Shown piece by piece: positions 28,301 to 37,236 of a DNA stretch of 64,000 nt. Within the stretch, counting starts at the first letter, position 1. The number at the start of each line of letters is the position of its first letter. This DNA is from a virus. The DNA lies in IMG/VR virus record IMGVR_UViG_3300010885_075474, positions 5,016 through 69,015 of that record. One strand, given 5' to 3'. The position numbers were made by a program, and so were the translations under genes. The notes under the pieces were generated by a model. The model saw only the letters and a program-made list of their open reading frames with translations. It did no database searches and was not told the origin of the DNA.

Positions 28301-29934
28301 CATTTAAACGACGCGACCCGCAAAAGGTATTTGCCCCGGGGCACGGACTTGATCGTAAACCGACCGTCGCCGCCGCCCGCCGCCGGATTGTTTGAAATGC
28401 CGAAGTATGGCGTACCGGCCAGATAAACAACAATCCCGTCCAGCGGATAAAATTCGTAGTCCGGTTTTGCCGATGGATAACTTGCATCATTGATAATCTG
28501 TACAATGCCGGTAATATCAATCAGGCATTCGTCAGAAAATCCTTCAGGCGTGAAATCCACGTTCACACAATCCGGGCAATCATAACCTTCCAATGTGGCG
28601 CCCATAAATGTGATAGCACCGCCTGCTTCGTCAGCACTCGCCTCTATGGTGCCGGTCATAACCGGTATGTGGTCGTATGGCTTCAATGCCTGTACATCCG
28701 CAGCCGTGTTTTCATCGGATGCAATGGTTGAATATAATTTGTCGTTCCGGAAAATGATATATTGCGATTGGATGCCCAAATCGCAAATCGGGAATCGATC
28801 AATCAATTGAAAATTTTCAATGTTGGTATTTCGGAAGCCCACTTCAACCGCCTTAATCATGGTCAGCCATGATGGATCACTCAATCGGTCATCCGTGAAA
28901 TCCACTTTGATCGCATTCAGACCATCAAGCGTGACGCCATCTATGCCTATATTCAGCGCAACATTCGATACTGGCGACCATGCTGATCGCTCATTGTTGT
29001 AGTAGATGTATCGAACAATGAATTGAGGGCATAGATTAATGACATTGTTGCCCTTATAGGATGGATCCGCAATGTAGGTTGCCTTGGGAGCGCAATGCGC
29101 TGGCTGCTTCAGCATATCAATATGCTGGATTTCTAAATTAATCGGATAGTTGTTGATCCCTACCAAAAGAATATCGCCCGCATAAGCCACCAAATTCAAC
29201 CGAATTGATACTGAAAAAACGGTTAATCCGAGTTTACAGCCATCGCATTCGGTAACGCCTACATATATTCCAAAGGCAGAAGTTATTTGACCTGCGAGCC
29301 AATTAAGCCCCGCTTTTGGATCGTTATGGTATGTACCGTCTGATGTGATAATATATGTTGGCCCGTACGGTGTACCATCTAATTGTTGGCGCTGAAATGT
29401 ATAGGTATTGCCATTGGCAAATTGCCCCTCGCCCGCCACACCGGCATATATTTCGTAGGTAAACGGCTTAACTGAATTAGCCCTGGATATATCCAAGCAA
29501 AATGGAGGATTGCCCAAAATGCCACTTGCCGCAGTTGTTGTGTCGGTCCAGTAAAGCAAAGTGCCATCCACAACGTATGAATGGGTGATCTTCCTGGCAA
29601 CAGAAAAATTCAGCACAGAGCCCTTTGCAAGTAGATACAAAGTTTTGTTAATGCTGTTGTATCTTAAAATCTGATGATTGCCATTTGAATTGTAGAAAAA
29701 AAATATGGCTGATGCGTTTTGCTTGTCCTCGCAAGTTCCCACGCAAATATTGGTTCCTGATGGCATCGTGTAGGCAATAGCCGATGTTCCCTTACCAAAT
29801 GTGATTGTTCCTACATTCTCGCCATACCCATTGTAAATATCCTGGGCATCAATGTAGTCGTCAAGAGAAACAATAGTGGGATCAGAATCTTGGTCCAACC
29901 CACCAGAAAAGAGTCGTCCGTCAATTTGTTGCAT
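25330..29934 (-). CDS. Tail stabilisation / muzzle protein (P22 gp10-like, crAss type)
   Basis: FSGGLDQD..., LLYWTD, YDFGIVYED..NR, YGTSNPES, W.SRY.F.P, EG..LRG. Confidence 0.8.
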   Translation of the reverse strand: MQQIDGRLFSGGLDQDSDPTIVSLDDYIDAQDIYNGYGENVGTITFGKGTSAIAYTMPSGTNICVGTCEDKQNASAIFFFYNSNGNHQILRYNSINKTLYLLAKGSVLNFSVARKITHSYVVDGTLLYWTDTTTAASGILGNPPFCLDISRANSVKPFTYEIYAGVAGEGQFANGNTYTFQRQQLDGTPYGPTYIITSDGTYHNDPKAGLNWLAGQITSAFGIYVGVTECDGCKLGLTVFSVSIRLNLVAYAGDILLVGINNYPINLEIQHIDMLKQPAHCAPKATYIADPSYKGNNVINLCPQFIVRYIYYNNERSAWSPVSNVALNIGIDGVTLDGLNAIKVDFTDDRLSDPSWLTMIKAVEVGFRNTNIENFQLIDRFPICDLGIQSQYIIFRNDKLYSTIASDENTAADVQALKPYDHIPVMTGTIEASADEAGGAITFMGATLEGYDCPDCVNVDFTPEGFSDECLIDITGIVQIINDASYPSAKPDYEFYPLDGIVVYLAGTPYFGISNNPAAGGGDGRFTIKSVPRGKYLLRVASFKCSFNADLSPRYDMSNGYEWQRTSSPMTQCVVAPPSPVTVYGVADVPIVYVPLVQEFEVDLTTFVGTTYDLVTENPPGVIKIRNQHWSKRPGSAGGTNASVTLLEGYLLDNNAGNTNKETRIGALNVERQLVGLGDVLKYLGVLTDHNGYFSFIIDYYDPAIPPWLLKFFSNNSSTATVDGYKGDYLGMYNDTLTAVTFTGGGLVGSDVATLIVMNRSTHLSDRRSLVRVKATDITNAPLGGVIMVYSRTTRFAITGSTGSGTILAYLPWAYPETPVRTGDKVYALYLNDICYQYYPAVNPKPISIDISTPGDTICPTFIFTFIGGVAFNFRFLKGGGVYDFGIVYEDRGNRTCGVTQAAKVAIPFHPAPNGIVPWRVRWAIKSKPPEWATHYRFVRTKNAIEKYYVQWSIVSVIWAKIPSQIENPIITSFANGDATHIFLELYVPPVPNTSTAYYFPFYQENGQYSYTPEPGDRVRLILNDQGVALTTATEYYEAPVVGKYVDGNKIYAVIPNIFGTLEIKANFLAEYYQPELGSDEIYYEGGEDCYEILNPGQINRYHAGPIQNQTATDPAEGYIVNGDTFFRYDAFTGTASIATEHPVPRTNMDGTIKCQDIGRPFVLAPDNAQIFFYNRIRFSGKYLQSSLINGLSSFRGTDYQDINRKWGCITWLGFANNVLLAVCRYKIQPVYINRNRLLTLNGDNSVGRSSKVLEIADESIMPYGTSNPESVIAENGYVYGWDKFQGVVWRYATNGVEPITYKMVKYFRQKGVERQAVIGDFVVAGYDRKHAMYLLTFIGVGESVPSDTIGFDEIKNRWVSRYRFQPDYYARIGNDLMAGKGNGVYLFFQSGTYSNWFGTQYQPSVTFPFNRDYRANKMWHTMRVLSDQKWSAPVIKVPFNYDYAIGQISRLKANHFKPYEGHYWAEFLRDMNDTSARFLNITNPTLRQTTALLEGRKLRGQVMIIQLTAVDGSLLTILRSVDAYFSYSGKTNP

Positions 29935-29941
29935 GATGGCG

Positions 29942-30676
29942 TTATTTTACGCCCGATTGTTGTCCACGCAAGAACGGGCGAATGAAATCTTCTAAAGTTT
30001 TGCGCACATACAGGCTTTTGAGCCTTTTGTACTCTATGTTGAACATCTGAAACATGGACTGAGCCATGCGAGGATTGGTCGCTAAGTTGTAGTGATACAA
30101 AGATCGCGCATTTATGCAAGCCGCGGCTTCTTGCGGAATCCTTTTGTATCGATCATCGCTCGAGTCTTTGTATTCGATGATGATATCGTCGCCGATTTTC
30201 ACGAAACCATTGCTGCCAAGTTCCACTGTACCGCTTTCTAAATCATAACGGTAGGTTCCGGCCCGCATTGGATCATTGGTCGTGCAATATAATTCACCGT
30301 AATAGTTTCCAAGATACCAGACATTGTAAAAGGCAATTGGCTCGGGATTTTGCGCAATGGATTCTGGTTCGCAGTCCTTGATCTCGTTGTAGACTTCCCT
30401 GCGAATATTGCTGTCGTGGTAAAGCAGGATTATTTTGCCGTTCTGATCAATGGCGCCAACTTTCGTGACAATCCCCGCCGATTTGGGCAGGGTGATGACC
30501 AAGTTTTGCGGAACTTCAAATACTTCCGTTTTAACAATCGGCAATAAATTGTTGAAAACGTCATCCACCGCCTGCTTTACGGCACGGATAACGCGGGGGT
30601 AGGAGCGCATGTTGTCGTCGCCCAATTGTACGCAAATATTTGCGGTAATTGCATCAATAGTCGTAAAGCGCTCCAT
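29942..30676 (-). CDS. Tail ring / tubular protein
   Basis: ITLP...VTKVG, IIIEY motifs; position upstream of muzzle. Confidence 0.65.
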   Translation of the reverse strand: MERFTTIDAITANICVQLGDDNMRSYPRVIRAVKQAVDDVFNNLLPIVKTEVFEVPQNLVITLPKSAGIVTKVGAIDQNGKIILLYHDSNIRREVYNEIKDCEPESIAQNPEPIAFYNVWYLGNYYGELYCTTNDPMRAGTYRYDLESGTVELGSNGFVKIGDDIIIEYKDSSDDRYKRIPQEAAACINARSLYHYNLATNPRMAQSMFQMFNIEYKRLKSLYVRKTLEDFIRPFLRGQQSGVK

Positions 30677-30682
30677 AGGTTA

Positions 30683-31345
30683 TTATGAATTTGGTTGCTC
30701 GTTAATATCCTTGGTATTGGCCAAGTCGTCTGCCGGAATAGAACGCTGGCCCTGGAAGTGCTGTTTCGCCATGTCAATCGCTTTGGCAACGATTGAATCT
30801 TCATAAGGAAGTTCAGTGTCGTTATCCAGTGTGCTTGGCGCCTGGGCGATCAAGCAGCGCACAGCGCATACCGGTTCGGAAATATTCAGGATATACAGAG
30901 CCGGGCCAGATGATTGATATTCCACGTAGAAATACGGATAGCCGCCCATCAAATATTCCACGCCCAGCATCGAAAAGCGCGAGCGCATACGGATGTACGG
31001 GCTTTTTCCTTTTTCCGGAAACACGGATTGGATTGCCCAGTCGTTGTCCAGCGCTAACACCTTTGGCAGTTGTAATTTATACAGCCCGCTGTCGGCATCC
31101 TTTGTAGGTACTCCAACAAACGGGCTGTATATGGATGATGTTACACCATAATTTGGTAGCACCGCAGCAGATCCGGAATAGTTCCGTTCCGCCGCGATGC
31201 CGTCAAAAACACCGGATTTTACGGCTGTTGCCATGGCAACATCGAAATATGCTTCGATGTCCACCCGCTTTACGTTCGCATCTTGGGATAGTTTGCCACC
31301 CAGAACGTAAAGGAGAATCAAGTCTATGGCATTTGCCTTGGTCAT
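30683..31345 (-). CDS. Tail ring protein
   Basis: Size and position among ring genes. Confidence 0.6.
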   Translation of the reverse strand: MTKANAIDLILLYVLGGKLSQDANVKRVDIEAYFDVAMATAVKSGVFDGIAAERNYSGSAAVLPNYGVTSSIYSPFVGVPTKDADSGLYKLQLPKVLALDNDWAIQSVFPEKGKSPYIRMRSRFSMLGVEYLMGGYPYFYVEYQSSGPALYILNISEPVCAVRCLIAQAPSTLDNDTELPYEDSIVAKAIDMAKQHFQGQRSIPADDLANTKDINEQPNS

Positions 31346-31420
31346 ATCACTGGCGTTTTGATGTAGCGTTTTTCTTCCGGAAAAGATTCTTTACTTTGAA
31401 GATTAATTTCGGAAGCAATT

Positions 31421-31945
31421 TCAATTTTTTTTTTCGTCCAAGCTTGGATCCAGTTCGGTAGCCCCTTGTTCAGGATAAGGCACATTTGGATCTTCAACAG
31501 CGCTTTTTGCAACCGCAGCGGCTACATCATTGGAACTGCCAAGAACTGGCTTACCAACAATGCTGTAAATGCTTTGGCTCCAAAACGACACCGAACTGAA
31601 TATGAATGTCAATAGCGTGCCTACCAGCGGCATTCCCTTGATAGTGGCAAATATTACCGTCACGCCGATACCAATACCAATGGCCTTCAATGGGGCATCA
31701 AGTTTTAGTTTTCGGAACGCAGGAAATAAATTTGCCAAGTAATGCGCAAGGACTGTCAGGATACCAATGATGGCGGCCATCCCTTCCTTGGAGTAGTACC
31801 AAGTAAGATCACCGTCCTTTGGGAACTGGATCGTCGGAAGCGTCACAGTGTTGTTCAGCGTGTCAATGACGACCTGGCAGAACATGTCCGTGACAAAAAG
31901 CAGCATAATGGCTGCGAGCAGGAATAATTTTAAATTGTGTTTCAC
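31421..31945 (-). CDS. Membrane protein: signal peptide plus three TM helices (holin-like)
   Basis: GTG start; ...VTDMFC|Q cleavage; three hydrophobic segments; ends at an A10 run. Confidence 0.65.
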   Translation of the reverse strand: MKHNLKLFLLAAIMLLFVTDMFCQVVIDTLNNTVTLPTIQFPKDGDLTWYYSKEGMAAIIGILTVLAHYLANLFPAFRKLKLDAPLKAIGIGIGVTVIFATIKGMPLVGTLLTFIFSSVSFWSQSIYSIVGKPVLGSSNDVAAAVAKSAVEDPNVPYPEQGATELDPSLDEKKN

Positions 31946-31952
31946 GATGTTT

Positions 31953-32648
31953 TTATGAATTTGTGATGATTTGACGATTGAATGCGGATTTTTGAGCCGC
32001 AAATTGCAATACCTCGTTGTCTGCATTGGATACCCCATACTGCAACATGATGAGGTCAATGAGATTGGTCTGGTCGTGATCGCGCCATTCGTAATTCGTA
32101 GTTGTCGCAGGATCGTAGTTTTCCTGATCGTTTGTCAGGTCAATCGTAACGCCTCGAACTGCATAAGCCGGATATCGCAAATACTCGAGCAAAACGGTCG
32201 GCGAGAGTGTTTTTGGATACAATTGCACCTGGCCACCAGTGAGCGTCCAGTACAAATTGCCTTTTGCAAGACTCGGCCCGCGTACAGAATTAATCAGCGT
32301 ATCGGCTTCTTCAACTTTCTCCAAATAATCAACTTTCTCCAGCGTAACAGTAGGGCCGTCGCCACAATCACCATTTTCCACCTTGTTCCACCATAACCGC
32401 AAGCGGCGACCATAATCCGCGGGCAATGTGACTCGCCCGTTTGTGATCGGAAGTTGCGCCGTAGCCGTAAATTGAAACAAGTCATCCGGCACCGCACCAC
32501 CATCCTCAAACTTTTGCGATCTGAAATCCCATAATACTTGCTCGGCTATCTTTGAACGACGATTGAATTCATCGTTTGTCACATAGCCAGACTTGTCCTT
32601 TGCGATCAAGTCCGATACAAGCAAATATACATCGTTAATCAGGATCAT
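31953..32648 (-). CDS. Tail ring / head-tail adaptor protein
   Basis: VY..V..L..KD.SGYVT..EFN and YLRYP motifs. Confidence 0.75.
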   Translation of the reverse strand: MILINDVYLLVSDLIAKDKSGYVTNDEFNRRSKIAEQVLWDFRSQKFEDGGAVPDDLFQFTATAQLPITNGRVTLPADYGRRLRLWWNKVENGDCGDGPTVTLEKVDYLEKVEEADTLINSVRGPSLAKGNLYWTLTGGQVQLYPKTLSPTVLLEYLRYPAYAVRGVTIDLTNDQENYDPATTTNYEWRDHDQTNLIDLIMLQYGVSNADNEVLQFAAQKSAFNRQIITNS

Positions 32649-34336
32649 GTCGTCGGCACGAAAGGTTTAGGATCATCCGCGCAATCGGAGCAGCCGCAGC
32701 CGCAATCAGAAAGAACGGATTTTGCTTTGTTCAAATACAACTGATAGTTCGTCACATTCCCGCAACTCAAAGACATTGAAGCCAAGTTCACCATAGCCGC
32801 AGCATAAGTGAAATTGCCCTGCTCGGCAGCCGTCAAACGCGACCAACCGCCGTTTCCGCATGCTTTGGCCTCCAAGTCAGTAAAGTATGTAGCCAAGCAT
32901 TGCAGCGTCGCACAGATCGAACTGTCGCACGTCACGGCGTAGTTGATAAAGTTGATTACACCCGCAACGGATTTAAAAGTATTGTTCGCATAAGATGTGA
33001 TAGTGTTGTATTCGTAACTCACTTTTTCACTTATGCCATAATCAACATTCGTCCATTCAACAATTAATGACAAAGTTGCTGAAGATGTAAATACTGGATC
33101 CCGGCCATCAATAAGAGGAGGGGCAATTCGCAAATCACGATAAGTGCGCACAAGGTAATCGGGCGCCTGGCTGTATTTGCTATTGTCCGTTACTGTTATT
33201 TCCCCGGTAACACAAGACAATGTTTCAGAAAAAGACAAATGGGTATTCGCCGTGTTTTGAGGAGTATTGTGTGGACAGAAGTTATAGGTGCCTGTCAGTA
33301 TTTTCGTTTCTGTTCCAGCCGAAGCGCCAATTGTTTTTTTCCACAATTCAACAATGTAGTTTCCAGACAAATACTTTCCATTGCTATCAAGCGGAATATC
33401 AATTGCGCTGTACTCAACAGGGCCAGGATATACAAATGAGTAATTTCCAGGTCCAGAAAAAGGAGGCACAACATTAACAACGGTTCCCGTTGGATCGGTG
33501 ATTTTCACATAGATTTCATAGCCAACACCTGGATATGGATAACCTGATCCATGAGAGGTCGTAAACGTGATTTTACCTTTGTCGCTTGAATTTGGATCCG
33601 TAACAAATTGAATTATGTTTGCAATTACACTGTCGCAAGTAATTGGGTATTGTACAAGATATGCCGCTCCGCCATTACTCTTGATCCTTGTGTCTGAATC
33701 AAGAGATGCCACAACAATGTTGTAGTCATAACCTACGTTTTGCGTAACCTCATAAGGCACTTGATTAAAATGCGGCGTGATTGATATTGATGGCCAATTC
33801 CCTACAAATGGACGACCATCAATAGGAGGCGGGGTAATAAACATAGCCGCAGATGTTTTCACCAACCCTTGTCCTGAATAATCAGTTGTATCTGAAGCAG
33901 TCAACACATTAGTGCTGCAATTCAAGTTTATTACATAAGTAATTTTTGAATTTGCCGTTCCACCCGCAGGCCGCGTATTGTCAGCTGTAAAATTGTAGTT
34001 TTCATCACATATTTTTACAGGCGCTGGAATGCTGTCATTTACAAGCCTTTTCCATATTTCAATACGGTAAACTCCATTTAAATATGTTGTAGGCGACGCA
34101 ACAGGTATTAAACATGCGCTGTAATAAGCAAGCGTAGTTCCTGTAACGCTATAATTACCTGGTCCAGAAAAAGATGGAGGCGTAACAATAACATTACCAA
34201 GAGGATCTGTAATTTTTACATACATTTCCCAATAATCCGGCGCAATAGATGGGTTTTGCCGAGATTCTAAAATAATGTACTGCTTGTCTGCCCTGTCTGG
34301 AGAAACTACAAAGCGGCATGTTGTCGTTAAGGCCAT
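32645..34336 (-). CDS. Structural protein with tandem-duplicated beta domain and Cys-rich C-terminus
   Basis: YVKITDP.G....PP.FSGPGNYS twice; PP.IDGR twice; CGCGCSDC tail. Confidence 0.7.
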   Translation of the reverse strand: MALTTTCRFVVSPDRADKQYIILESRQNPSIAPDYWEMYVKITDPLGNVIVTPPSFSGPGNYSVTGTTLAYYSACLIPVASPTTYLNGVYRIEIWKRLVNDSIPAPVKICDENYNFTADNTRPAGGTANSKITYVINLNCSTNVLTASDTTDYSGQGLVKTSAAMFITPPPIDGRPFVGNWPSISITPHFNQVPYEVTQNVGYDYNIVVASLDSDTRIKSNGGAAYLVQYPITCDSVIANIIQFVTDPNSSDKGKITFTTSHGSGYPYPGVGYEIYVKITDPTGTVVNVVPPFSGPGNYSFVYPGPVEYSAIDIPLDSNGKYLSGNYIVELWKKTIGASAGTETKILTGTYNFCPHNTPQNTANTHLSFSETLSCVTGEITVTDNSKYSQAPDYLVRTYRDLRIAPPLIDGRDPVFTSSATLSLIVEWTNVDYGISEKVSYEYNTITSYANNTFKSVAGVINFINYAVTCDSSICATLQCLATYFTDLEAKACGNGGWSRLTAAEQGNFTYAAAMVNLASMSLSCGNVTNYQLYLNKAKSVLSDCGCGCSDCADDPKPFVPTT

Positions 34337-34339
34337 GGT

Positions 34340-35596
34340 TTAATTTTTGATGAGATCGCCCCCTTTTTGGACGTACTCGGCTTTTATTTGGATCGCTTCA
34401 ATCATGTGCTTTTTGATGGGCACAAAGGCAGGCGCTTTCATCGCTTTGATAAAGTCGTCCTTCCAAGATGCGGTATCTGAAGCCTGATACAAAACGCGAT
34501 CTGTTTCTTTGCCGGATTTATCCAGCATTTTCACTTCAAGCGTGTCGCGATTGAACACAATTACGTCGAAATGGAGCGCCATTGTCACCAGTTTTTCGTT
34601 CGACAACTTCATAAGGGCTTTTTCTCCTAAATCTCGAACGCTTTCAACTTCAGGCACCGCTGGCATTTCAATATCTGCCATCTTTTCAAACGAAATGGCG
34701 CCCGCCAATTTGCTTGCCAAGTTAGCATAATTTTGCTGGAAATGCAAGAACAACTGCGCATCACCGTCTTGCTGCGACGCAGAAATCAATTCGCCACCGC
34801 CGTTCGCTTCATTCCAGTAGTAAGCCACACCACCATTAGGCAGCGTTTTGGCAACAATGATCTGGCGATCAAGTGCAACCATAATTTGGCCCCGAAGATT
34901 GGATGAAGCATCGCGCCAAGATTCAATGAATCTTCCGCCATCACGAGCCAGCAAGTTGTTCAGGTGCAAGCGCAATTCGTCTGGCAGCGCTCCGGTTGGG
35001 ATCATTGCAATTTGCCCGTCAGCGCCCCGATAAACCATGCCACGGCATTTGATCTCCAATTGCTGGGGATCCATCCGCATGATCTCGTTCATCACTTCAG
35101 ATTGCATTTTCACATACGCAATCCGGCGCTCGCTTTCAAGTTGGCGGTCGTAAATGTGGTAAAGAGGCTGCTTGTCGTTCTTGTATGCGGGGCTATCCGC
35201 ATTCAGCGGATGCAGCAAAAAGTATACATACAGGTCGGATTCTTCCTGCTTGTTGAGCAGCAAAACTTCTCCTTTGAATTTCTCAATTCGAGTCGGAGTG
35301 TAATTGTAGGTGCCATTTGGCAATGTGGTACGATTGGTTGCGTACCGCAATGTCAAAGAGCATTGAATGTTTGGCTTGCTGATGTTGATTGAACACTCCG
35401 TTTGCAGGAGTGTCAGCGTAGGAAAATTGCGATTTCCCGCCACATCAACATTGATGCGCGATGGGTGAACGTGAAATTCAATCACGTCACTTTTTGAAAG
35501 GCCCAATTTTTCGATCAATTCAGTTCCCTGGATTGGATCGTCTTTGTAGGTGCTGGTGCCTGATTCTGTTTGAATTGATCCGGTTGCGTAAAGCAT
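34340..35596 (-). CDS. Capsid-adjacent hypothetical protein
   Basis: 418-aa ORF directly after capsid gene; YFLLHPLN motif. Confidence 0.7.
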   Translation of the reverse strand: MLYATGSIQTESGTSTYKDDPIQGTELIEKLGLSKSDVIEFHVHPSRINVDVAGNRNFPTLTLLQTECSINISKPNIQCSLTLRYATNRTTLPNGTYNYTPTRIEKFKGEVLLLNKQEESDLYVYFLLHPLNADSPAYKNDKQPLYHIYDRQLESERRIAYVKMQSEVMNEIMRMDPQQLEIKCRGMVYRGADGQIAMIPTGALPDELRLHLNNLLARDGGRFIESWRDASSNLRGQIMVALDRQIIVAKTLPNGGVAYYWNEANGGGELISASQQDGDAQLFLHFQQNYANLASKLAGAISFEKMADIEMPAVPEVESVRDLGEKALMKLSNEKLVTMALHFDVIVFNRDTLEVKMLDKSGKETDRVLYQASDTASWKDDFIKAMKAPAFVPIKKHMIEAIQIKAEYVQKGGDLIKN

Positions 35597-35627
35597 CTTT
35601 TATTTTTGGTGTTTTTGATTTAAAGGA

Positions 35628-35653
35628 GGGCGACACCCGGATAGGTGCCGCCC
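35628..35653 (-). terminator. Stem-loop downstream of the capsid gene
   Basis: GGGCGGCACC-N6-GGTGTCGCCC on minus strand; weak U tract. Confidence 0.5.
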
Positions 35654-35688
35654 GTTCTATGGCAAAACAATGGGTATCGTCGGTTCGA

Positions 35689-37215
35689 CTAACCTGGAAT
35701 CTGGTACACAACCTTGTTGGGGCATGCGCCGTGGAATGCCAGTTCAGACACCATGCCGCAGCGGTAGATGTCGTATTCGTTCACTGCAACCGGAGTATAA
35801 CCTCCGTTTCCAGCAGCACCGGCACCACCGAAGTGAGCCAAAACTGCTTTACGGCTGTATGGGCCGAGTTGCTTCCATTCATAGCCAATATAAGCGCGTT
35901 GGCGACCGGTAGTGCGGTCGGTAACATTGCTTAATGGAGCGATGATTGACCAGTTCGTTGCGTTGTAGCCAGAAGCACCGGCACCAACAGCTTTGGAGAA
36001 TTCGTTCAGTTTTTTGAAATAGAACGAAATGCCGCCAATGTGGGCGCCCATGAAACCGAGCCACGCCATGAAGTCCTTCGCATTCGCTGGATCCCAGTCA
36101 GGGAAAGTGATGTCGGCTTTAGACATCATGCCCTGGAACATGGCGGGAGCGATGTTGTTTGCGAAAAACGCTTGAAGCGCCTGCTCGCGAGCAATCCAGA
36201 TACCATAGCCATCCCATGAAATCGCTTCCTGGGCGCCAGTTGCCTGTTGCTCGAAGATGTTTGCAATAACATAGAAGTCGGCAGTGGTGTAGGAGCCCAC
36301 GGTATAAGTGTCGGTGTTGGCAGATGTGGATACCCAGTTGATGAAGCCCTGAGTACCACGAACCGGTACATCATAGCCCACCTGGGTGCCAGTGTCAGTT
36401 ACGTTGGAAATTTGCTGGCCCCACAGAAGCGCACCGGAACGAGCCAAATCAAAACGCTTCATCATGTCCATTTCAATTTCCATGAACACAGAGCCGTCTA
36501 CGTTCTGCTTAAATTGAACGAACGTTTGGTTGGTCAATTCAGAGCCGGTAGAGGCACAGGCTTCTTTCGCGATCTGGAAAGTGTTGGTCCATTTGTACAC
36601 ACGAGGGAGTACGCCAGGAGGCAGGCCAGAACCTTCAGCATAAGCGTTGTCGCTGATGAAGTAGGAATTACCGGCAGTGATGGAGGGCTGGATATCAACA
36701 GTCACGGCCAGAGGAGAAAGCGTCAATCGATGCGGGTTCACCGTGGTGTTCTTCGCTTTGATGTAGGCTTTTTTCCCGTCCGGGAAGTAAATCATTTGGC
36801 CCACACGAGGGTAGGATGCTTGCGCAGCAACACCACCAACAGTGATGGACGGGTTGTACATGCTGGCAGCGGTCAGGGAAACAATCACATCCACACCGGC
36901 GCCACCACCTGAAATGATTGCTTGAATGCCCACCAAGGACTCAATCCAATCTTTTTCATAGTGACCGGTTGTGGGCGCAGAAACGCCACGGTTGAAATCT
37001 GGTCCCATCGCGTCAAGCATTTGCAGGAACGTAGGCGGCTGGCCATGGCGTTCAAACAAAAGACGCATGATGGAAAATGGATCGTAGTCATACAAGGATG
37101 ATACGACAGGTTGCGCGGCTACACCACCGCCAACGGTTGAAAGGTTATTATTGGGTGCGCCGCTTGGAAAAAGGCCAGGGGCCATCTGAACGTCACCAGG
37201 GGATACGAATGGCAT
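35689..37215 (-). CDS. Major capsid protein
   Basis: 508 aa after portal and scaffold; GSELTN, GTQGFI motifs; codon usage typical of high expression. Confidence 0.8.
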   Translation of the reverse strand: MPFVSPGDVQMAPGLFPSGAPNNNLSTVGGGVAAQPVVSSLYDYDPFSIMRLLFERHGQPPTFLQMLDAMGPDFNRGVSAPTTGHYEKDWIESLVGIQAIISGGGAGVDVIVSLTAASMYNPSITVGGVAAQASYPRVGQMIYFPDGKKAYIKAKNTTVNPHRLTLSPLAVTVDIQPSITAGNSYFISDNAYAEGSGLPPGVLPRVYKWTNTFQIAKEACASTGSELTNQTFVQFKQNVDGSVFMEIEMDMMKRFDLARSGALLWGQQISNVTDTGTQVGYDVPVRGTQGFINWVSTSANTDTYTVGSYTTADFYVIANIFEQQATGAQEAISWDGYGIWIAREQALQAFFANNIAPAMFQGMMSKADITFPDWDPANAKDFMAWLGFMGAHIGGISFYFKKLNEFSKAVGAGASGYNATNWSIIAPLSNVTDRTTGRQRAYIGYEWKQLGPYSRKAVLAHFGGAGAAGNGGYTPVAVNEYDIYRCGMVSELAFHGACPNKVVYQIPG

Positions 37216-37236
37216 TTGTTTTTTAGTTTTGCCCCT

